Position numbers and translations under genes: made by a program. Shown here one piece after another: positions 1 through 11,598 of a stretch of 64,000 bases of DNA (positions are counted from its first letter, which is position 1; each line of letters begins with the position of its first letter). A model generated the notes under the pieces. It saw only the letters and a program-made list of their open reading frames with translations, ran no database searches and was not told where the DNA came from. The stretch lies in the NCBI RefSeq assembly GCF_040938485.1, contig NW_027271595.1, forward strand, positions 248,001 to 312,000, in the 5' to 3' direction. The stretch is from Diadema antillarum. Taxonomy: Eukaryota.

Positions 1-1768
1 GATACGTAGAAAACTCACAAAAGGAGACGGGATGAAGCTCGGGGACATTGGTGGCGTCACTCACGTGAACTCTCGTTCATCATTGATCGCCGATTTTCAA
101 ACATTCAAAGAATTTCAGATGTGCATCATTGCCTTATAGATACCGTTTTATACAAGTAAATAGTGTAATTTCCTTTGAAACGCAAGTCTGGCAGCTGAAA
201 ATCCTTTGTGATTTGATGGTTGTGCCTCTTTGTATCTTTCACATCCAATTTAGGCTGTTTAAGCCCTTTGTTACCGATATTCCTTGGAAAGGTATTTACT
301 CTCACATGGCGTTGCATCAAACAGAGGTTAAGGTGGAGTTCAGTTGGATAGTTGCCGAAGAGTCAGTGATGATGCTCGCTGACAGAAATCTGCTCCCGTT
401 TTACAAACATTTCTCACTAGCACAAAGGAGCAGATGATCTTATCATTAGGTTTCATCCGCGGTGACCTGGTTTCCGAGAAGATTTTCCTATAATATGAGG
501 GAACAAAACAAGACGAAACAAAGGCTCTCAAAACACCATAGATAAAAAATATGTATATTACACGTGATTCACTATTAGCAATGCAGCATTCTGACGAATG
601 TGATGTCAAGAATCTCTTTTGAGAAATTAGGTTGGTTTCATACGACGCCAAAATGCTCTTACATTATGAAAAGCTTTGTCGAAAAAGTTTTTTTAACACC
701 ATGCACCTTTCTGTTCAGATAGCAAGTCGCATGATAATACTTGTATCAGTTTATCTGGCATTTAATTTTAGTGATTATATAGGGATAATTCTATTGTATA
801 GTGCTTCCTACACTTAAAGCATCATCATCATCAGCAAAATCTATACTTCTTCATTGATTCTGTCTATTCAATATCTATGATACAGGTCTATATTTAAGAA
901 TAAAACGATTCTCTGCTAACACACTACATAGACATATACCGCCGCTTTTGATCAATTAGAAAACTGTGATAATAATAGACGATCTAACAATTTTATACAC
1001 TCTAAGAAAAAAAAAATCAATTCAACTTTGTGCCTTTACCAGTATCACAAATAAATAAGAATTGGACAATTACACATGACTTCGAGAAAGAGTAATATGA
1101 TCACGACCGCTGTCCTCACAGTTTCTCACTACTCTTTCATTGCTTTGTACATAACAGTAAATATCTTGCTCGGATTTAACGATTGGGAAAATCAAAACCC
1201 TTTTTGCGCAATCACTTTAACTTAAGGGCAATTTGATGCCAAGAGTACAGTTCTAATTATTGTCATCTGTTGAGATCATTATGCAATATGATATTAATCA
1301 TTATCAATTCAAACAAGTATTGTCACAAATGGCACGTTCGCCTTGAAGAGACTTTCCTGTAGTCAATAAAGAGTCCCGTTGTTTGTTTGACAAATAACGA
1401 GATCTACTACTTTGGAACAAATACAGTATACCATTTGCATAATGAATAGATCTGATGAGGTACAGAGTACAAACAGCGCAGTGCCGAAATAAAAAAATGC
1501 AGACCTAAAAAAAAAGATGGAGATCAGTGTTACACAAATATCAGCAACAACGCTTACGGGAACAAACTTTTCTGTAGACTGCCATGTTGAATGATTTGGA
1601 GACACGATGATAATTTCAGTCATAACTTTTCGTAAGATATTATGTCTATAGATTACTTTTTGATTTAGTTTGTTCAAGTTTTGCTGCAAATTGGTTGCTT
1701 TTGGTATATCTATTAATTGTATACCCACGAAAAAGACCCATCAAAAGATCGAAAGCTTGGCAGATCGA

Positions 1769-1812
<44 letters not shown>
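1769..1812. repeat. (AAT)n microsatellite
   Basis: Pure AAT run; it explains the poly-Ile ORF at 1695-1919. Confidence 0.95.
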
Positions 1813-1815
<3 letters not shown>

Positions 1816-2137
1816 TCATTTATAAAGTGCTTATTACAATGTTTCTAAGCGCTGAAGAAGAAATTGGAAAGATAGATTCAATTATGGAATACGTGTATAT
1901 ACAAATTGAGATACGATGAAACGCAATACAAGATACAAATACATAAAATAAACATTGTAAGTTATAACTTATAGAACGAACTAAGATATATACAGCTAGG
2001 ACAGCTTTTTGGCTTCTCCTGAATTAATTTTGCTTATGTGAGATATGAGAAAGAAAGGAGAAATCGGTGCGTAGCTTTGACACCATTATTCCTCTCACTG
2101 TTCCTCTTTTTCGGAAAAGTGCAAGAGTTGAAAAGTT

Positions 2138-2210
2138 GGTCTCCGCCGGGAATCGAGCCCGGGTCTTTGGCATGGAACGCCAACGCGTGAAACCGTTCGG
2201 CCACGGAGAC
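2138..2210 (-). tRNA. tRNA-Gly(TCC)-like gene or tRNA pseudogene/SINE head
   Basis: Minus strand reads GTCTCCG-TG-GCCGAACGGTTTCACGC-G-TTGGC-GTTCCAT-GCCAA-AGAC-CCGGG-CTCGATT-CCCGG-CGGAGAC-C, then ACTTTT. Acceptor (7 bp), anticodon (5 bp) and T (5 bp) stems are perfect and the anticodon is TCC. Defects: D-stem mismatch, G at position 32, C instead of T at position 54. Confidence 0.55.
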
Positions 2211-2423
2211 GTCATCGCGGTTCATGCACGCATGCAGACCCAAGCTCGATTACCCGATGGACCAACCTTTCAACCCTCTTATATGCGCATGTTCCTTTTG
2301 GGGGCAGAGAGTTATGAATAACAACAAGCCGCATGCCTCAGCTGGATCTTTGAAATGAGATTCACGTATCGGTGAACTAATTGGGATAATGTTTTGCGAA
2401 AGAAATCACCGCTATGCATATAC

Positions 2424-2457
<34 letters not shown>

Positions 2458-4101
2458 TTATAAGTATGTACATATCATGATATGCAATCAGGCATATACT
2501 TATTGAATTCAAATTTGGTTTATTTATATCAAAATAATATGACAAATAATATTCCCATAAAATCAAAATCATAATGAACTAAAATCATTGGTAATTCTCA
2601 TATCTAAATTTTTGTAAAGACTTTGATTAAACCATTGGCTGACCTGCTGTTGGAATTTTATTCTATATTTCTGAAAATCATTATCACTTTTGACAAACTT
2701 CCAGCGTCTAGCATTTATGTTCTATACCTTCTAGAAGCTTCATCACTGCAAATTTAGTAATGTCAGTTAGGTTAAAGAGGTAGAACAGGATGAAGGTTTA
2801 TAATCGAACGAATGAACCACCTAAAATATCCTTGCAAAGTACATCGTTGCAGTGTGTAAAATAGTGAATTGGCAAGACGACAACTCAAGAGCAGTTCTGT
2901 ACTTGCGTCAAAACTAGTGTCAACAGTGAATAATTACTGTCATTCTCTTTTATCTTTTGCCATGTTGCCGAACAAAATGTTGGCGTTATAGGCTATTTAC
3001 GTCAATTATGACGAACATCTGACACCATAAAAAACCACTAAAGTTGCTTGAGATACTGTAGTGTAAGCATGCTTATTTGTTCGGATATAGAAAATCCGAT
3101 TCATTCTATCCAAGACTTTCGTAAATTCAGGATTAGACCTTAATGAAGGCCTACTTTATTGTACTTGACAATCCCACCTTCCACATCACGCAAATTTTCT
3201 CCTTCGTTTCTGTTTTTTCTGCGAAAGTTCGATTCTTCCTATACCTCAAGTGTATTATACTCTTATTCCTGACGCACGAACATTAACAGAAACTTCGAAA
3301 TAATGAATCGACATTGGTGGTTCACTAATAACAAACGTGGATAAAAGAGGACTGTTTTCTTGACATCTCTTAGTAATAACTATTCACGTTGGAAGAATTA
3401 ATTGAAGGTGTTTGACGTAGATTTGTGTAAGTGCAAACAACTGTGGTAACCATGTATCGCTCTCATCTCTTGGTCAGTAATGAAGTTTGGACCCGGATTT
3501 GACCGAAGTGTTGCCCACGCAGTACGTCACAAACATGCGCATTATTGTGATAAATGTTTGTGTATGTGTGTGGTTTTTTCTTATGATCAATGTGACCATT
3601 CCACTGTTGTGTCGACGGGATTTTTCTGAATCCTAATAACAATGATCACTATGTAGACATAAAGGAAAACTCAACCAATGACTTCTTGGCAGACCATTGT
3701 GCCAGTGAAATCTATACGCATTTCTTTTTTTCCCCTTCAAATTACTGATATTGGCCAATCTTACAATGCAATAATAATGTTAACCCTGTGGAATACGGTC
3801 TTCGTCTCACAATGGGTATAAAGGGATGTAATAAGTTGTGACGTATTCAACTCACCAAATGAAAGAGGAATTAGGTTTTTCGGGTTTTTGTTCCCCGAAT
3901 CGATTCACTGACCCATACCTAGGTCAGCAGGGCTATGTTGTCACCTTCTTTGACCTCGTCGCCTATTACGTAAATCGCGCTGGACAAACGGCAACAAAGA
4001 AAGGGGGCAGCGATGTTAGTTTTGGGTCGCTCTGTTTATGTGAAAGATGACGGTAAACAGACAGTGAAAAGTTTCTTTGATTTTCCTTTCTCTGGCTAGA
4101 A

Positions 4102-4140
4102 TATAAATATGGCAGATTTGGACAAGTTTCTCCAGATTGC
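4102..4140 (+). promoter_or_regulatory. Core promoter of gene 1: TATA box plus Inr-like element
   Basis: TATAAATATGG at 4102 and TCCAGATT with the A 32 nt downstream; same sequence and spacing as in the other paralogs. Confidence 0.7.
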
Positions 4141-4292
4141 TCAAGAAGAGCACAACTTGACCTACCATCCCAGGAAGAGCACAAGAAGTTATCAACACTC
4201 AATCTCTGCGAGAAAGATTGATGTACAGAAGACCGTTTTGAAGAAACTTCCCTACTACTTCTACTGCACAACAGGCCAACAAAGCTACCACA

Positions 4293-4551
4293 ATGCGAGT
4301 TTGCACGTACGCAGTACTTGCGCTGATAGCCCTCCTTGTCCCCGCTACCCTCGGGGTCCCGATCGGCAGCGGCGTACTACAAAGAGACGCCAATCCGCAA
4401 AAAGATGAACCAATGGTAAGCGCCTTTTCTCCCATACTCTTTGCTTTTCTTTGGGGAGTGGCAAATATTCAGACGGACTAGCTGTGTTCAGGACAGGGTG
4501 ATCCCGACATTTCCTGTATAGATTCTAGAATCGAAGATATGAAGGACCGTT

Positions 4552-4597
<46 letters not shown>

Positions 4598-7500
4598 TGT
4601 GTCTGTGTGTCATTATTCTCCTGCTATCTAATCACTTCTTTTCATAGGAATGTTCATTCTTGTAAGGCTGCCATTGCCATCGATAGTTATAGGGGTTGTT
4701 TTGTTTGTCAATAATGTGTTGAAACACGCCAACAAAATACGAAAATAAAAATTTATTCATGTGGCATACCATGATTCATTGTCGACAGGAAACCCCTCCA
4801 CCTAAGAAAGAAGTGGATCTCTCCGTCTCCGAAGAGAAGCCGGTGTCATCCCACCAGGAGCCCAAAGATGAAGAAAATACTCCAGGATCTTTTCAGGGAG
4901 ACATGATGTTGACTGACGAACAGTTGAGGGAAGTCATGGAGGCTATCGATGAAGAGAAAGCTGGTCGCAAGAAGAGGAAGGCTGTATCGAACACTTTGAC
5001 CCGCTGGAATCAGAACATCGTGCCTTACGTCATCTCAGCTGCTTCAAGTAAGTCTTTCAAAATGGCGCTTAAAATCATACGAACAGTTTTGCAACTACGC
5101 ATATATTTACGTCTTACCAAATACATTGCCTTGGAATTAGCTAAGATAACAGGACTGTAGTGCAGATATTGTTTCTGTTGTCATTTGCGTTGGAGGGGTC
5201 AAATGTCTTTAACTATAAACATCGGCAATTTGAGACCAGAACCTTACAATAAACACCTGAATTACTCCTGAAACAAATTCTATGAACACAAAAACAATGA
5301 ACAAGCTTTTTCTTTTTTTACTCGAAAACGAAAGTATAAAACACTCTACCAAAACACTTATACATGAACAAAAAATGGGATGTTAATTTCACTCATAGCC
5401 TACTATTTATAGAATGATTTTCTGTTTATGCTAATAAACATGTATAGGTATGTAACTATACTAGTCTAGTACTTACAGATGAAATATTTCCTCAATTCTA
5501 TTCTTTTAGTTTCTCCCGTTAAACTTTTTTTTTTCGTTTGTCACTTTGATCTCATCTAAGATTTTCATTCCGAGTGAAATGGCTTATACTCTATAGCTAC
5601 TATACTTCAAATTACTTCAACATTTTTGTGTTCATCTATTTCAATTTCAATTCATTTTATTCCAACAACGCAATAAGATAGAGCATATCTATACAGTGAA
5701 AGTATGCTAGAAGTCACTAAAATCAGGACACATTAATAATGGATGCTTTTGTTTTAGGGGGTGACACGAGTGTGATCCGTTCTGCCATGGACCACTGGGA
5801 ACAGCACACCTGTTTGAGATTCGAACCTCGAACCTCCCAGCACGCCCGTCAACTCGGTCACGGTACCTACCTGAACTTCATCAGGGACGGTGGGTGCTGG
5901 TCCTATGTCGGAAGGGTGTTTTCGTCTTCACAAGACGTGTCCATCGGCAATGGGTGCGCTTATGTGAGTACACTTTGTTCACTTTCTTGAGAGAGAGAGA
6001 GAGAAAAAAAAGTACTTAAGTTTCATTTGTATAGCAGATTGGCCATTGAACAATGTTGTTTATCGAAATCTAAATCTAACTTAACGGAGGTGATAGACAA
6101 TAGACGCTAGTTTAGTGAGATGCAGCCAGTAGAAGTGAAAATGTTCTTAACATATCTGTTTTGACACAAACAATAGCTGTGAATGATCCATGCGTACATG
6201 TATAATGTGATAAATCGTAAGCTTCCTCTCATTTTATGATTGTCAACAACAGCTCGGCATCGTCGCCCACGAGATCGGACACGCCATCGGTTTTCATCAC
6301 GAACAGTCTCGCCCTGACAGGGACGACTACATCAGAGTCCACTTCGAAAACATCGAACGCGGATTGGAAGGCAACTTTGAGAAATATTCCTGGAGCGAAA
6401 TAACAACCAACAACGTCGAATACGACATCGGATCCCTCATGCACTATGGATCTCATGTGAGTGTTTTTGTCTGTACATTGTTAAAGCAAGTATTAAAAAA
6501 AAAACTCATTTCGGCTACTTGATATTCACTTCAAAATCACATTTTGCGCGACGAATCAATGAACAGGATATTTCATGAAAAGAGAAACGACAAGTCCTGT
6601 TTTAGATAGCGATTATGGGATTGGAACCTTTGCTGAACTTGAATCACTTTCAGATCAAATCTATGCAAACTAAAACTTAAAAACGCCCTTGCTCTTCTTC
6701 AAAGACAATATTAATGGTTAGGTAAATAATTCAACTATATAATACATGCTTGTGTATTTATGCATTCATTTATAGACACATTAGTAATTTAGGCCTACTT
6801 TCAAATTCAACATGTCTTAACAAAATGTGATCGTATAGGTGAGTGTGGGAGATGAAGAACTTCGCAAACAAAATACGCAAGCAAGCGCCTTGTATTGTAG
6901 TTAGGAGCAGCAACCTCCCTGATGTCAGTAAATGTTTATCTTGTACATACCATAAATATCTTATTTCTATCTGATTTTGATTTGATTTGATTGATCGCTT
7001 CTCAAATAGGGTTTCTCCCGCAATGGCCAGCCAACCATCACTACCATCGACCCGTTGCAGATGAGTCGCCTTGGAAACCGGGATTTCCTAAGCTTCGCTG
7101 ACATCAAACTTGCCAATCTCATCTACAACTGCAACGACGACTGTAGCAATAACCTGGCCTGCCAAAACGGCGGCTACCAGGGTCCCAACTGTGATTGCGT
7201 GTGTCCTCCAGGATTCAGCGGAGACCTGTGTGAGAACGATGACGGCCCGACGGAGCCCGAAGGATGTGTCTACAGACTGACCGATTCCGAGGGAGAGATC
7301 ATGTCACCAAACTATCCAAGCAACTATGACAATGAACAAAGTTGCCAGTACATGATCGAGGTAAAGCATCTCGAAATAACCGATTCCTTTTGCACTAATC
7401 TTGTTTCCAATACGAATATTTGGCCCTGTGATTTTTGTGGTTTTTTATGTGTAGATAATATCAACTATGTGCCGCTCATGTTAACCGTTGCCATGTTTCA

Positions 7501-8512
7501 ATTTTGATGTTATCATTTTATTACATGTCTCTACAGTGATCATTAGATATAAAAACTAGATCAAGACTGTAAAAAATTGAATTCACAATATTTTCATCCG
7601 TACACTTATTTTTCCAGGGAGCTCCAGGTTCTACGATCACACTCACCTTCGTCGACATGGACATCGAGCCTCACCGTACCTGCGCCTATGACTCCGTGGA
7701 GGTCCGCACTGGAGATGTTAGCTTACCCGGACAGAGGTTCTGTGGTGCTAACCTACCAGGTGATCAGGTGTCTACCGGGAACCAGCTACTGGTTTCCTTC
7801 ACCTCTGACTACAGCGTGACAGGGCGTGGCTTCAAGGCTACTTACGTCATCAACGGTGGCACCGTCACCAGCAGCCCTGTTGTTAGCACCACCAGCCCTG
7901 TTGTTAGTACCACCGACAGTCTTGAGGAGTTCGTGGGTACTTGTGGGGGAGACTTCACCGGGAACAGTGGGACGATGGCCTCTCCAAACTACCCAGACAA
8001 CTATGACAATAACTTGGAGTGCGTCTACACCATCGAGGTCGATTCTGGTCGTCGAGTCGCGCTCAGCTTCCACGATTTGCTGATTGAGGATCAGAGGAGA
8101 TGCGGCTGGGACTCTCTTGTGGTGGACCTTGGAGAAGGGATCAAGGTGCCTATGAAGTGAGTATCCAACATCTCGGGATCTATCGAAATATCTAACACTT
8201 TCGATATTGACATCAAATTGTCATGACAATACGATTCATGTATAAAGGTATATGATGAACATACTGCTTGACAGTTTTGTATATAGAACTAATTTAAAGA
8301 CATCAATATTTTGTAAGTCACATTGTAATATTGCACTCAGATATGTATGTAACGTTTGCTTCTTGATCGATTACGTTTTCAGGTTGTGTGGAGGTGACTA
8401 TCCAGCCGGTTACTTGATTTCACTCGACAACAAAATGGAGCTGACTCTGAAGACCGATAGGAGTGCGACGGAAAAAGGCTTCGCAGCAATCTACCGCGCC
8501 ATCGACCTGTAA
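4293..8512 (+). CDS. SPAN/BP10-like: Gene 1: BP10/SpAN-type astacin metalloprotease, 7 exons, 603 aa
   Basis: join(4293..4415,4789..5047,5758..5963,6253..6456,7010..7360,7618..8156,8383..8512) = 1812 nt, all introns GT-AG with consistent phases. Signal peptide MRVCTYAVLALIALL, prodomain FQGDM, furin site RKKR, zinc motif [19 protein letters not shown], Met-turn SLMHYG, EGF (CQNGGY...[12 protein letters not shown]), two CUB domains separated by a Thr/Ser-rich linker. This architecture is that of sea urchin BP10/SpAN. Confidence 0.95.
4554..4610. repeat. (TG)n microsatellite in intron 1 of gene 1
   Basis: Direct reading of the sequence. Confidence 0.95.
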
Positions 8513-8794
8513 GCAGAAGGTACCAAAGAAAGAATCAGTGTTTCTCGACTGGTCACAGTAATGCATTGACCCAAGGCAAATATGAAGGTACTGATCGAAG
8601 TGTAGTTCTTTGGTGTGTAGAATTAATTCCGCTATCCTAAGTTATCATTTTTTTTTTTCAATCAGATGTCTAGTCCGTAGATGCCTGGAATAAGTTTCGG
8701 TCTCCGAAGGTAAATTTGAATTGAATGATCGCTGTTGTAGTAAAAAATATCCGGAACTTTGTCAACATTTTGTTAAAGGGGAATTCCAGACAAT

Positions 8795-9238
8795 GTGATT
8801 TCAAATCCAAATTTTGCCATTTTTAGAACGTTCTATATGGATTTTTTTCTCTCTCTTTCGTATAGAATTTATTCAATTTGGGAGTGGATTTCCTCTTTAG
8901 GAGAGAAATACTGACAAGGACAGTAATGCTTCAAATACTCCGTCAAACAGGACCTAATGAGCATTATGTATTTTAAACTTTGTTTATTAACAGACAGTGC
9001 TTTCATCAGAATTTGGTGATTTCAAATCCAAATTTTGCCATTTTTAGAACGTTCTATATGGATTTTTTTCTCTCTCTTTCGTATAGAATTTATTCAATTT
9101 GGGAGTGGATTTCCTCTTTAGGAGAGAAATACTGACAAGGACAGTAATGCTTCAAATACTCCGTCAAACAGGACCTAATGAGCATTATGTATTTTAAACT
9201 TTGTTTATTAACAGACAGTGCTTTCATCAGAATTTGGT
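8795..9238 (+). repeat. 221-bp tandem duplication (2 copies)
   Basis: GTGATTTCAAATCC starts at 8795 and again at 9016; the two copies look identical by eye. Confidence 0.9.
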
Positions 9239-10039
9239 TTGCACCTAGAGCTGCGAAGATGTTAGAGTGAAATTTCTATTACAAGATACAATGTGAAGGG
9301 TTAATGGAAGACGTTCTTTTAATTTACCATCTAATGATGGGTCAAGCGAAAGAAATGTATCGTGCGTGCAGTGGTTAGATTTGCATGAAAAGACACTTAA
9401 TAAGTGACAAAGTACTAGGGTAGAACGCTATCAACTGAAACTAGATTTCTATTTGAATGGCGCTTCTGCCAAAAGAACTACACTCAGACAAAAGCAGGTG
9501 TCTGTAAGTTGTTGAATAATTGCAATGAATAGAAACATTTTTTATCCCAGGCTAGACTGACAAGGTATACTATAAAAGGGATACAGTTGATATACAGCAC
9601 GATATATAGCACAGTCATATCATAGACGTTGATTTCATAAGACCCAATACCATCTTCGTCTTAAGTCACAAACATTGAATTACCTTTTCCAAAACAATCT
9701 TTTCCAATATCTTTATCTTTATTTGGTTGATTTAATCATCTCATACTTTTATATCTTCATCTCTATCGCTCGATTACAACTACAAAGAAGTGGAATACAG
9801 TTCACAGTGATATTAATATTTCATTCGCTCAGTTTCTCTGTATTTCGTTCACTCAACGGCGTATCACAACAGTAATCAACAGCATAAAGATGCTACGTTA
9901 GAATCTGATGAAAGAGAATGTGCGTAGTTTCATTATTATCTTAAAAATCCTCTGCTGGCTGTCTTTATCTACAGTGTGTACAGTGCAGTTTGAATCAGTA
10001 TACCTCTGGGTATTTGAGTGTTGCCTTATAGATCCGTCC

Positions 10040-10620
10040 AAATTCTTGATAGTACAAGGTTTGTATCTTGCAATTCATGTATGTTATTGCAAAGTGCCAA
10101 TGCAAAAATTCTTGATAGTACAAGGTTTGTATCTTGACATTCATGTATGTTATTGCAAAGTGCCAATGCAAAAATTCTTGATAGTACAAGGTTTGTATCT
10201 TAACATTCATGTATGTTATTGCAAAGTGCCAATGCAAAAATTCTTGATAGTACAAGGTTTGTATCTTAACATTCATGTATGTTATTGCAAAGTGCCAATG
10301 CAAAAATTCTTGATAGTACAAGGTTTGTATCTTGACATTCATGTATGTTATTGCAAAGTGCCAATGCAAAAATTCTTGATAGTACAAGGTTTGTATCTTA
10401 ACATTCATGTATGTTATTGCAAAGTGCCAATGCAAAAATTCTTGATAGTACAAGGTTTGTATCTTAACATTCATGTATGTTATTGCAAAGTGCCAATGCA
10501 AAAATTCCTGATAGTACAAGGTTTGTATCTCGACATTCATGTATTTTATTGCAAAGTGCCAATGCAAAAATTCTTGATAGTACAAGGTTTGTATCTTGAC
10601 ATTCATGTATGTTATTGCAA
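10040..10620 (+). repeat. 66-bp minisatellite, about 8.8 copies
   Basis: Unit AAATTCTTGATAGTACAAGGTTTGTATCTT(G/A)ACATTCATGTATGTTATTGCAAAGTGCCAATGCAA; the period is seen from 10041 to 10107. Confidence 0.97.
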
Positions 10621-10692
10621 TCAATGCAATGTGCCAATGATTTTGACTGAAGTGCTTTTCTATTTTTGTAACGATACATGTATAGCGAGAAA

Positions 10693-10962
10693 TCCGTCTG
10701 GAACGGCAGGATCTCTATATAGTACTATATGTACTGGAAGAAATGTATCTTTTTTTTTTAGATTTTAAGCCATTTATGCGTTTGCTTTCTAGGTGACATG
10801 TAAACTTCAAACTTGAATGTTTAAACTTGTAACTCTTTAAATGATTTATTTCTAATTTCCTTCAGTGTGTTATTTGAATTATATACCTACAGAATTACTT
10901 ACTGATCTTTGTATCATATCTTACCATAGATGGTGTGTGGAATTTCCGTCTGGTACGGCTGG
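10693..10962 (+). promoter_or_regulatory. Pair of putative Smaug recognition element (SRE)-like hairpins in the gene 1 3'UTR
   Basis: CCGT-CTGGA-ACGG at about 10694-10706 and CCGT-CTGGT-ACGG at about 10946-10958: 4-bp stem with a CNGGN loop. The same motif occurs twice downstream of gene 2. Confidence 0.5.
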
Positions 10963-11019
10963 TTTATGATTCTTTATCTTGCTTTATATTTGAAAATGTT
11001 CGATTGATTCGACATGATC

Positions 11020-11025
11020 AATAAA
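11020..11025 (+). terminator. Candidate polyadenylation signal of gene 1
   Basis: First AATAAA I found downstream of the stop codon at 8512. Confidence 0.45.
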
Positions 11026-11598
11026 TCAAAATCGAATATCGTAAATATTTGTGTTTTTTTCTCTTCACTGTTGTGGTTAATAAGTATCTATTAAGAATGG
11101 TTGATGTGTTGTTCCTTACCATAATGGTGTATGTTTTATCGCAGATTATTTTTTTTTCTATTCCTCTAAATGGATATCTGTATTCGTATGTGTCGAGTAA
11201 AATAGCATATAACATTTCATTTGACTAAAAAAAACGTATGATGTTTTCTACGGCGTCCTACGAAATCAATCAATGACAAAACATTTCGTGGAAATAGAGG
11301 CCAAATGAGAGAATAAGAAATACTGAGAAGGAAAACTACCCAGAGATAGATAGATAGATAGGGAAAGAAAAAGAAAGAGAGAGAGAGAGGGGGGGGGGGC
11401 AGGGTATAAAAAAGAGACAAAGAAGACAAAAGTAATATGAGATGGATTGTAAGTAGGAGTGAGCCCTGCTCTGCAAATCTCTGTTCACTTCTCTCACAGT
11501 TAGAAAGAATTAAAGCACCTTTACTTTTTTTTTTAAATTAAACTGAATAAAATATTTTTGGTGTTGTCGTACGTTTGGGCAACATACCATGACCTTAA

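Noticed and set aside
1-500. Moderately GC-rich stretch with short ORFs on both strands, faintly LRR-like
   Set aside because: All frames are interrupted and I could not match any family motif convincingly; a TBLASTN search would be needed.
4109-4408. Family of similar ORFs starting M-A-x...FLQI..QE (4109, about 23265, 54993 region, about 61941)
   Set aside because: The ATG is part of the conserved TATAAATATGG box and lies upstream of the inferred transcription start. The peptide similarity only reflects core promoter conservation and the frames diverge afterwards. It would need revisiting only if an upstream start site were found.
6229-8083. Antisense and alternate-frame ORFs over astacin and CUB exons (for example 6229-6456, 7786-8073, 21570-21833, 63689-63940)
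   Set aside because: They are shadows of the real coding exons and recur only because the exons are paralogous.
10040-10620. Possible CRISPR-like array
   Set aside because: The units are head-to-tail with no unique spacers, and the context is an intron-containing eukaryotic locus.
9908-10768. 286-aa (+) and 209-aa (-) repetitive ORFs
   Set aside because: Both arise from the 66-bp minisatellite, whose unit is a multiple of 3 and stop-free in those frames. There is no splice context or recognisable domain, and the array lies in the probable 3'UTR of gene 1.
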